This document shows positions 1 to 7,315 of a DNA stretch of 41,228 nt, piece after piece. Positions within the stretch are counted from its first letter, which is position 1. Each line of letters starts with the position of its first letter. The notes below the pieces were generated by a model. The model worked only from the letters and a program-made list of their open reading frames with translations, was not told the DNA's origin and searched no databases. The DNA is from an uncultured Thermoanaerobaculia bacterium (GTDB lineage: Bacteria > Acidobacteriota > Thermoanaerobaculia > Thermoanaerobaculales > Sulfomarinibacteraceae). The stretch covers positions 1 to 41,228 of the forward strand of contig CAZCEX010000001.1 of the NCBI GenBank assembly GCA_964497785.1, in the 5' to 3' direction. Position numbers and translations under genes: made by a program.

Positions 1-306
1 GTTGAGTCCGAGCACGTCGGCATCGAGCCCACTGAGTGCGTCCTCCAGATCACAGATGTTGGTGAGGCGCGAGTAACCGAGATTCGGGTTCTGAGGGCGC
101 TCGTCGATGGGGAAGTTGCGGATGTTCCAGACGGCGATGCGCAGGTTGCCCGTTTGAGGGCCGCTGGGTGGGAGGTCGGCGGCGCTGATACCACCGCCCG
201 GGAAGCCGGCGCAGCGCATCGTATCGCGGAGGAGGACGGCGGCAACGGCGACGATGGCGATGACCACCACAGATGCAATGACTACAAATCGTGATTTTCG
301 TTCCAT
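1..306 (-). CDS. Endonuclease/exonuclease/phosphatase (EEP, DNase I-like) family protein; N-terminal 102 codons only, gene runs off the left edge of the window
   Basis: Not in the ORF track because it has no stop inside the window. My minus-strand translation from the ATG at 306-304 gives MERKSRFVVIASVVVIAIVAVAAVLLRDT...GNLRIAVWNIRNFPIDE...LDADVLGLN. This is an N-terminal signal anchor followed by the typical EEP opening blocks (LRIxxWNIrnF ... DADVlgLqE). Confidence 0.65.
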   Translation of the reverse strand, partial: MERKSRFVVIASVVVIAIVAVAAVLLRDTMRCAGFPGGGISAADLPPSGPQTGNLRIAVWNIRNFPIDERPQNPNLGYSRLTNICDLEDALSGLDADVLGLN

Positions 307-422
307 GGATCAGAGTCTGGCCCAACACGGCATGGATGGCAAGAGGGGTTGGGTTATGGTTGAGGTTGGTGGCGCGCTCCGGTGTCTCAAAACGAGCGGT
401 GGAAGCGTCGCGGAGGTAGAAG

Positions 423-2081
423 TTGAAGAAGCGTCGGATTCCGAAATGGGTCGTGATTGCCGTGGCCGTCGGCGGCGGAGGGCTCGTGCTCGTTCTCGCA
501 GGGCTACTGGCTCTTGGATGGTATGTGAAAAACCAGATGCTGGATTCGGGTGGGGCTTTGTCGGCCGCCCAGGCAGCCTACGACGTGCGTCACTACCGCA
601 TCGAGGTTGGTGTGGATCCACCCTCGCGGACCATCGAAGGCGTCACAACCGTGACGGTCGAAGCCATCGCGCCGCTGTCGGTCTTCGAGCTCGATCTCGA
701 TTCGCGATTGACTGTTCGTTCGGTCCGCTGCGACGGCTGGGTGGTGGAGTTCTCTCACGAGGACGGCGTCATCGTGGTCGACTTGGCAGATTCTTGGAGT
801 GCCGGGGAGCGGCACGAGGTCGAGGTCGCTTATGGAGGGGCGCCCAAGGTCGCATTGCGGGCGCCGTGGATCGATGGCTTCGTATGGGCGAAGGCACCGT
901 CGGGCGCGCCCTGGATTGGAGTGACGGGGCAGGGTGATGGTGGTGACAACTGGTGGCCGTGCAAGGACCACCCGTCGGATGAACCGGACGAGGGTATGAC
1001 CATTCTTCTGACCGTACCTGACGATCTTGTGGGTCTCTCCAACGGCCGCAAGGTCGGCGAGAGCGACAATGGTGACGGGACCGTGACAACCGAATGGGTT
1101 GTGTCGTACCCGATCAACAACTACCTCGTGACCCTGAATATTGCCCCCTACGTGGCTGTTGAGGCGCCGTATCGGGGCGTTGACGGCACGCTCGACGAGA
1201 CCCTGGTGTTCTGGGCGGTGCCCGAGTTCGAGGATCGAGCCCGTGCGATGTGGCTGCAGATGCCGAAGATCCTCGAGGTCCTGGGCAAACGTTTCGGCGA
1301 GTACCCGTTCTTCGAGGACAAGATGTGGGTCGCTCACGCCCCGTACCTCGGCATGGAGCACCAGACGCTGGTGGCATATGGCGCCGAATTCACCGACAAC
1401 GCCTACGGGTTCGACGAGCTCCTCTTGCACGAGGTGGCGCATGAGTGGTGGGGGAACAAGGTCACCGCTAGCGACTGGGCCGACTTCTGGTTGCACGAAG
1501 GTTTTGCGACCTACGCCGAGGCCGTCTACGTGCTCGACACTCTGGGCGAGGGTCGATACCTGGACTACATGAGCATGCTCCGCGGCCGCATTCGCAACCA
1601 AACCCCTCTCGTCCAGGGTGAAGATCTGACCTCCGCCGGAGCCTACTCGGGGGACATCTACGTCAAGGGAGCGTGGGTCCTGCATTCCTTGAGGTGGCTT
1701 TTAGGAGACGAAGACTTCTGGGAGGTCTTGTGGCGATTCGCCAACGACGAACGTTTCGCCTACGGTCTGGTGGCAAACGAAGATCTCTTTGCGCTCGTGG
1801 CCGAAGTCAGTGGACGCGACGATCTCGGCTGGTTCTGGCAGCGTTATCTATTCGAGGCGAAAGAACCGCGTTGCTCGATCGAACGGGCCGCGGCGGGCGA
1901 CCACGATCTTATTCGGCTGCGATGGCACGATCCTTCCTTCGAGATGCCGCTGCCGGTGCAGGTTGGAGAGGTGATTGGGCGTGTGGACATGTGGGGTGGG
2001 GAGGGCAGCCTCGAAGTCGCACGCGGGGCCACCGTTATCGTCGACCCCGAAGGGCGTGTATTGGCGAGTCCGGCGGAGTGA
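423..2081 (+). CDS. M1-family (gluzincin) metallopeptidase/aminopeptidase with N-terminal membrane anchor
   Basis: HEVAHEWWGN-x-LHEGFATY gives HExxH-X18-E. There is a GMEH(Q) block in the position of the GxMEN exopeptidase motif. N-terminus is MKKRRIPKWVVIAVAVGGGGLVLVLAGLL. TTG start, preceded by GGAGG at 411-415. Confidence 0.85.
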   Translation: MKKRRIPKWVVIAVAVGGGGLVLVLAGLLALGWYVKNQMLDSGGALSAAQAAYDVRHYRIEVGVDPPSRTIEGVTTVTVEAIAPLSVFELDLDSRLTVRSVRCDGWVVEFSHEDGVIVVDLADSWSAGERHEVEVAYGGAPKVALRAPWIDGFVWAKAPSGAPWIGVTGQGDGGDNWWPCKDHPSDEPDEGMTILLTVPDDLVGLSNGRKVGESDNGDGTVTTEWVVSYPINNYLVTLNIAPYVAVEAPYRGVDGTLDETLVFWAVPEFEDRARAMWLQMPKILEVLGKRFGEYPFFEDKMWVAHAPYLGMEHQTLVAYGAEFTDNAYGFDELLLHEVAHEWWGNKVTASDWADFWLHEGFATYAEAVYVLDTLGEGRYLDYMSMLRGRIRNQTPLVQGEDLTSAGAYSGDIYVKGAWVLHSLRWLLGDEDFWEVLWRFANDERFAYGLVANEDLFALVAEVSGRDDLGWFWQRYLFEAKEPRCSIERAAAGDHDLIRLRWHDPSFEMPLPVQVGEVIGRVDMWGGEGSLEVARGATVIVDPEGRVLASPAE

Positions 2082-2171
2082 GAATCGAAAATGAAGGGGA
2101 TGATGAAGCGATTGGACTGACGATACGGATCGACGTGGAGGTGGATCCTGCCGGATACGGGATGAGCAGAA

Positions 2172-3272
2172 TCAGTCCCAGGCTGCCAGATCACCTGATT
2201 CGAAATCGTCGAAGAAGATCCCAGAGGATATTTTGTAGATCGCGTCGTGCACGTCGAGACCGTGAAATGCCGCCAGGTAAAGACTGCCCTGGTGTAGTGT
2301 GAAAAAATAGGGGACCTGACCGTCTCCAATGAGGTGACTGAGTTCCTCCCAGCGACCTTTCGCAAGGTCATCCCATGTACGAAACCGGACCAACTTGAAG
2401 AGGTTGGGGTCGGATCCATTCGCGTAATAGGGAGAGAAGAAATTGGACACGTACCAGTAACCGTCGTAGAACTCGATGTCGTTGATGATAAAGCCGGTCG
2501 TATCCCAGGTACCGGCGGATGTGTTGACGAGCTTCCCAAAGCTGGGATGGATCATCACCTCCCCGGTGTCGAAATCAACGATCTCGATGACCTGGCCCCA
2601 GGACGACGACGCGACGTAGACTGTGTTTTCGACGACGGTCAGCCCACGCGAGTATTTGGCGAGTCCCGACAGGTCGAGGGCGCCCTCTTGTTCCCCAAAT
2701 CGTGTCATGCGTAGCAGCGACGGCCGATCAGGGTTGAGGACATAAAGGAATCCGCTGACCGGGTCGAATGCCACATCGTGAGGTCGGGCGAGGTCAACTC
2801 CGGCAACAGAGTACGCGCTTTCGATCTCTTCATCTTCCGGGTGGGAGAACGAAATGACTCGGTGATTCTCAGTGTCGGCGGCGTAGAAACGGGAGTTATT
2901 GAGATGGTAGGTGACTGCATGGGGGCCGTTTACGGCGATTGTGGAAACGATCCACTCGCCGAGAGTTTCCTCCGGTCGGTATGTAAACCGGTCATGAACA
3001 ACCTCGGAGATGATCTCGTAGCCCGAGCCGAAGAAGATGTGTGTTGGGAGATTGAGCGAGATCGACGTATTCGCCGGCGCGTACTCCTCAACGGCGAGTG
3101 AGAACGGGGGAGCGGACCGTGCCAGGTGGGGGCGGTGGAGTTCGGGGTCCACCGGGACGTAGATTCTTTCCTCCGGCCTGCGGTCGTCAGCCGAGGCCAC
3201 GCAGCTCACGAGGGCTGCGGTGATCAGCGCCATCCATTGACGAATCCAGAACGATTGATTCGCGAATCTCAA
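2172..3272 (-). CDS. Secreted hypothetical protein, probably beta-propeller fold (NHL/SMP-30-like impression only); carries the C-terminal FxDxFExG...W tail
   Basis: 366-aa ORF with signal-like N-terminus MRFANQSFWIRQWMALITAALVSCVASADD. Repeated beta-strand-rich segments. Ends ...GIFFDDFESGDLAAWD*. Confidence 0.6.
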   Translation of the reverse strand: MRFANQSFWIRQWMALITAALVSCVASADDRRPEERIYVPVDPELHRPHLARSAPPFSLAVEEYAPANTSISLNLPTHIFFGSGYEIISEVVHDRFTYRPEETLGEWIVSTIAVNGPHAVTYHLNNSRFYAADTENHRVISFSHPEDEEIESAYSVAGVDLARPHDVAFDPVSGFLYVLNPDRPSLLRMTRFGEQEGALDLSGLAKYSRGLTVVENTVYVASSSWGQVIEIVDFDTGEVMIHPSFGKLVNTSAGTWDTTGFIINDIEFYDGYWYVSNFFSPYYANGSDPNLFKLVRFRTWDDLAKGRWEELSHLIGDGQVPYFFTLHQGSLYLAAFHGLDVHDAIYKISSGIFFDDFESGDLAAWD

Positions 3273-3326
3273 ATGCCAATCCCCTCATCCGGGTGGTGGT
3301 TTACCCGCCGACAACCGCATTGAGCT

Positions 3327-4748
3327 ATGATATGCCGGAGGAGTCGATACTGCCAGGTGAAACGATGTACGCTGCTTAAAAAGACGAACAGATGGTGGCG
3401 GGTTGTTTGCCTGGTGATGGTTGTTTTCGTATGGCCAGCCGATCCCAGATCCTGGGCAGAAGACGGTCCGGAGGTGATTCGGGGGCCCTATTTGCAGTCG
3501 AATACGCCGCATTCGGTGGTTCTGCGTTGGAAAACCGACATTCCGACGGCGACGTGGCTGGCCTACGGTCCGCAACCAGACCAACTCGATTCCACAGTCA
3601 GCGATCCGGCTGTCTTGTTCGATCATGAGGTTTTGGTTGATGGGCTGACGGCTGCAACGGACTACTACTACGCTGTTGGGGCCGACTCCGTCGTTCTCGC
3701 AGGGGGGAACGAGCAGTTTTTCATCCGGTCGGCCCCTGTGGCGGGTGCCGCCGCCGCGACGTGGATCTGGGCTTTGGGCGATTCGGGGACGGCCAAAATT
3801 GGTGCTCGCCGGGTGCGCGATGCCTACCTGTCATTCGCCGGTTCGGGCGCGACGGACGTCTGGCTGATGATGGGGGACAACGCCTACCCATCCGGGACCG
3901 CAGAGGAGTATCAGGCAGCGGTCTTTGACACCTACTCGGAGGTGTTGATCAACACCCCATTGTGGCCTGCGATAGGTAACCACGACATATTGAGCTCGGA
4001 CTCACCGACCCAGACGGGGCCTTTCTTTGATTTTTTTACCCTTCCGGACGATGCTCAGGCCGGAGGTGCAGCGAGCGGAACCGAAGCCTATTACTCCTTC
4101 GATCACGGGCCTGTCCACTTCATCTGCCTTGATACCGCCGACTCGAGCATGGCCGAGGATGGTGCCATGATGAGTTGGCTTCGACAGGATTTGGCGCCAA
4201 ATCGGGGGGGCTGGGTCATCGCCTTCTTCCACCATCCTCCGTACTCGAAGGGGCAGCACGACTCCGACGACCCCGCCGACTCGAGCGGACTGATGTTTGA
4301 CGTGCGACAGATCGTGGTCCCGATCCTCGAAGAATACGGAGTTGATCTGGTTTTGGCGGGGCATAGCCACTCCTACGAACGGTCGATTCTCCTCGATGGA
4401 CACTATGGGACCTCGGTTACCTTCGATCCTGGGACAATGGGCCTTGACGTGGGAGATGGCCGCGAGGACGGCGACGGTCCCTACCGCAAGGTAGCTGGCG
4501 CACACGGAGGTGCGGTTTTCGTCGTCACCGGAAATGGGAGCAATCTCGGAGGTGGCACATTCGATCACCCGGTCATGGTTGTGAGTCTTCGAATCCTCGG
4601 TTCTGTTGCGCTTGCAATCGACGGGGATAAGCTCGACGCCTGGATGATCGACGCCGACGGGCAAATTTTGGACTGGTTCACGATCATCAAGACCCAGACC
4701 CTGTTTGCCGATGGTTTCGAGGACGGGTCAACGAGTGCCTGGATTTGA
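3327..4748 (+). CDS. Purple-acid-phosphatase-like metallophosphoesterase (calcineurin-like), secreted; carries the C-terminal tail
   Basis: All five PAP metal-ligand blocks occur in order: LGDSGT, MMGDNAY, AIGNHD, AFFHHPPY, LAGHSHSYER. N-terminal PAP-N-like segment GPYLQSNTPHSVVLRWKTD. Hydrophobic signal region WWRVVCLVMVVFVWPA. Ends ...TLFADGFEDGSTSAWI*. The exact start is uncertain (ATG 3327 versus a downstream GTG). Confidence 0.8.
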   Translation: MICRRSRYCQVKRCTLLKKTNRWWRVVCLVMVVFVWPADPRSWAEDGPEVIRGPYLQSNTPHSVVLRWKTDIPTATWLAYGPQPDQLDSTVSDPAVLFDHEVLVDGLTAATDYYYAVGADSVVLAGGNEQFFIRSAPVAGAAAATWIWALGDSGTAKIGARRVRDAYLSFAGSGATDVWLMMGDNAYPSGTAEEYQAAVFDTYSEVLINTPLWPAIGNHDILSSDSPTQTGPFFDFFTLPDDAQAGGAASGTEAYYSFDHGPVHFICLDTADSSMAEDGAMMSWLRQDLAPNRGGWVIAFFHHPPYSKGQHDSDDPADSSGLMFDVRQIVVPILEEYGVDLVLAGHSHSYERSILLDGHYGTSVTFDPGTMGLDVGDGREDGDGPYRKVAGAHGGAVFVVTGNGSNLGGGTFDHPVMVVSLRILGSVALAIDGDKLDAWMIDADGQILDWFTIIKTQTLFADGFEDGSTSAWI

Positions 4749-6650
4749 TGGTTCTCCGGCGCCCCGAATCGCCGAGATCTGCTGCTCGGCAAGTTCGCGA
4801 TAGCGAATTGCGTTCTTGTCCTGAGAGCCTTCGGTGACCTCGCGAAAACGCTCCAGGGCCTTGATCGCATCGTCCGGGCGGCCGAGGTCCAGGTAGGCGC
4901 GGGCGAGGTGGAACATCGACAGCTGGCAGGCGACCTTGAGGTCCGGGCCGACGACATCCCACAAGGATTCGAGCTCGGATACGGCCTCGGGCCTCTTTCC
5001 GGTGGCATAGAGCACACGGCCGAGCTCGGAGGTGAAACTGCATGTGCCATACGAGATGACCTCGCGACCGTGCCTGAGCACCTCGATCGCCTCGTCGAGC
5101 CGTCCCTGTTGCTGGTAGAGCGTTGCGAGCTGGGCGTGTGATTTCGGGTGCTCCGGACGCCCCTCGATGACCTTCTTGAGGTCGGCCTCGGCGTCGTCCA
5201 GACGTCGTTGTGCGAGGGCCACCTTCGATCGCCCGACGTAAGCGCTGATGAGGCCCTTGATCTCCAACGCCCGGTCGAAAGCCTCGTGGGCCTCGTCGAG
5301 CTTGCCGTCCGCGGTCAGAGCGTGACCGTACTGCGACCAACTGAATGCGGCGCCCGGGTCGGACTTTACTCCTTGCTCCCACAAGCTCAGATTCGATTTC
5401 CACGCTGCCGCATAGCTCGAGGTCTGAAAGCCGAGCACGGCGATGACAAGGGCACACGGAATCAACACCGCGGACGCAGGCAGGCGTACCGGGATTTTTG
5501 CGACCATTCTGGCTGCGAGAATCAGGAAGCCGAGCAAAGGAAGATAGAGGTAACGATCGTGCACGATGTGCTCTTCGATGAAAGCGGAGATGTTGAATGC
5601 CGGCAACAGGGGCAAGACCCACAGGGCAAGCCCGAATCGAGCGATACGATCTCGGCGTGCCAGCCAGAGAGCGGCGGCGATCGCGACAGCCACGACGAGG
5701 GTCGGGCCCCAGAAATTGGTCCATGTCGTTGTCTCAAGAGTCACGGGCCGCAGCGGGTAGGAGGGGCCGAGCCAGAGAGGGGAAAGAGTCTGGCGGAGAT
5801 AGAAAAAGGCGATCGATGGGGCAGTGAGCACGGTTTCTAGCCATCCCGCATCCCATTGCGGCTCGACCTGTGTTCTGCCGAGTACGACACGGCGGACGAC
5901 GAGCCAGACAGCAGCAATCGCGATGAAAGGGATCATTGCCCGCCAGGGTGCCTTGCGGTTCGCACGGTCTGTTTCGGAGCGACCGGCATCGACGGCGAAC
6001 GGGATCAACAGCGGGATGGCGATGGCGATCTCTTTGGCCAGCTGGGCAAGCGAGTATGCCAGCCACGAGAAAACGTTTTTCCACCACGCTGGGCGACGGT
6101 CCGTTGACATCACCAGAATCAACGCGGCGAAGGCGCCGATTCCGACGAGGATGTCGGGTGATCCGGAGATCCAGGCAACCGACTCGACGTGAACGGGGTG
6201 GACAGCAAAGATCGCTGCGAGCACGGCGGAGACGCCGCGTGAGGGGAATAGCCTGCGCAGAAGAAGGTAGGCCAGGATGCTGACCACGGCGTGCAACAGT
6301 ATGTTCGTGATGTGCCATCCACGGGCGGACTCGAGCCCGAACGTGCGTTCGTTGGCGACCAGCCAGAGCACGAACGCCGGCCTCCAGTAGTTGCTCCAGG
6401 CCTCGGTCTTGTCACCGGTGAAGGCCCAGACATCGGACGTCAGAGCCTTGCCGAGCAGCTCGGGGTTCTGGATGAGCTGGTTCTTGAGAATCTGGTCCGT
6501 ATCGTCGTAGACAAAGCCTCCGTCGAGGATGGCCCAGTAGCAGGCAAACGTGAGTACCATCAAGGCGAGAATGACTACGACATCGAGCCCGGAGAATGCG
6601 GACGTTCGTTCGATCGGTGGAGAGTCAGGGTTGGGGGTTGGTGATGTCAC
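4728..6650 (-). CDS. Polytopic GT-C-fold glycosyltransferase-like membrane protein (PMT/TMTC/ArnT-like) fused to C-terminal TPR repeats
   Basis: About 430 aa with many hydrophobic helices. First-loop acidic motif GGFVYDDTDQI is the DD/DE motif typical of GT-C enzymes. The C-terminal ~200 aa are TPR-like (AFSWSQYGHALTADGKLDEAHEAFDRALEI..., AQLATLYQQQGRLDEAIEVL..., LARAYLDLGRPDDAIKALERF). GTG start. The 3' end overlaps the convergent phosphatase gene by 21 bp. Confidence 0.7.
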   Translation of the reverse strand: MTSPTPNPDSPPIERTSAFSGLDVVVILALMVLTFACYWAILDGGFVYDDTDQILKNQLIQNPELLGKALTSDVWAFTGDKTEAWSNYWRPAFVLWLVANERTFGLESARGWHITNILLHAVVSILAYLLLRRLFPSRGVSAVLAAIFAVHPVHVESVAWISGSPDILVGIGAFAALILVMSTDRRPAWWKNVFSWLAYSLAQLAKEIAIAIPLLIPFAVDAGRSETDRANRKAPWRAMIPFIAIAAVWLVVRRVVLGRTQVEPQWDAGWLETVLTAPSIAFFYLRQTLSPLWLGPSYPLRPVTLETTTWTNFWGPTLVVAVAIAAALWLARRDRIARFGLALWVLPLLPAFNISAFIEEHIVHDRYLYLPLLGFLILAARMVAKIPVRLPASAVLIPCALVIAVLGFQTSSYAAAWKSNLSLWEQGVKSDPGAAFSWSQYGHALTADGKLDEAHEAFDRALEIKGLISAYVGRSKVALAQRRLDDAEADLKKVIEGRPEHPKSHAQLATLYQQQGRLDEAIEVLRHGREVISYGTCSFTSELGRVLYATGKRPEAVSELESLWDVVGPDLKVACQLSMFHLARAYLDLGRPDDAIKALERFREVTEGSQDKNAIRYRELAEQQISAIRGAGEPSNPGTR

Positions 6651-6791
6651 GGCGTTTTGTCCTTTCCAAAAGGCTCACAGCGCTCAGGGTCCGGTTTCCT
6701 CCCGGCGATTTGGGAAATGCGCTCGCCCGAAAACCCGGAAGTCGTGAACTTGATGCTCGGTTCATCGTAATACATTACAGGAGGAGGAAAA

Positions 6792-7286
6792 ATGACAACA
6801 GACGCTTTCCACGACTGGAGCCCTTCCCAAGAGGCCGCAGCATCGACCGTTCGCGGGGAGCTCAAACGGTTGCACGCCCTCGATCCCTCTTCGACTCGGC
6901 TTCTGGAATCGCTCGCGTTTGTCCTGGCCAGGGTCGCCCATGCGGACTGTGAGATCTGCGATTCCGAAACGTTGGAGATGGAGCACATTCTGATGCGGCT
7001 GGCGGAGCTTCCCCCTGCCCAGGCAATCCTCGCAGTCGAGATCGCCAAACAACGTGCCAAGCTCGTCGGTTGCGGTGGGACCTATTCGGTGAGTCGCAGC
7101 CTGCGCCACCAGACCGATCCCCAGCAGCGGCTCGACCTGCTGCACGCGCTCGTCGATGTCGCATCGGCAGACGGCATGTTGAGCGAGCACGAGGTCGAGG
7201 CCATCGGGCGCATCGCCACCGAGCTCGGCTTTGCCAGCTCCATAGCCCGTGACCTGCTCATTGAGCGACGGTGTCTGAGGGCGTAG
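6792..7286 (+). CDS. TerB-family (tellurite-resistance TerB / DjlA-N-like) domain protein
   Basis: Two-lobed pattern typical of TerB: LAFVLARVAHADCEICDSETLEMEHIL ... RLDLLHALVDVASADGMLSEHEVEAIGRIATELGF. Strong RBS AGGAGGAGG lies just upstream of the ATG. Confidence 0.55.
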   Translation: MTTDAFHDWSPSQEAAASTVRGELKRLHALDPSSTRLLESLAFVLARVAHADCEICDSETLEMEHILMRLAELPPAQAILAVEIAKQRAKLVGCGGTYSVSRSLRHQTDPQQRLDLLHALVDVASADGMLSEHEVEAIGRIATELGFASSIARDLLIERRCLRA

Positions 7287-7315
7287 TCCGGAGCGAAGCG
7301 GAGTTCGAAGCCTGG

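Noticed and set aside
504-1685. 393-aa minus-strand ORF
   Set aside because: Antisense to the M1 peptidase gene, which carries HExxH-X18-E. No motifs or RBS.
4687-5724. 345-aa minus-strand ORF in another frame over the GT-C/TPR gene; also 5148-5840 plus, 5734-6318 minus
   Set aside because: Alternate-frame or antisense artefacts with extreme Arg/Pro/Gly content. The 640-aa frame gives coherent TM helices and TPR repeats.
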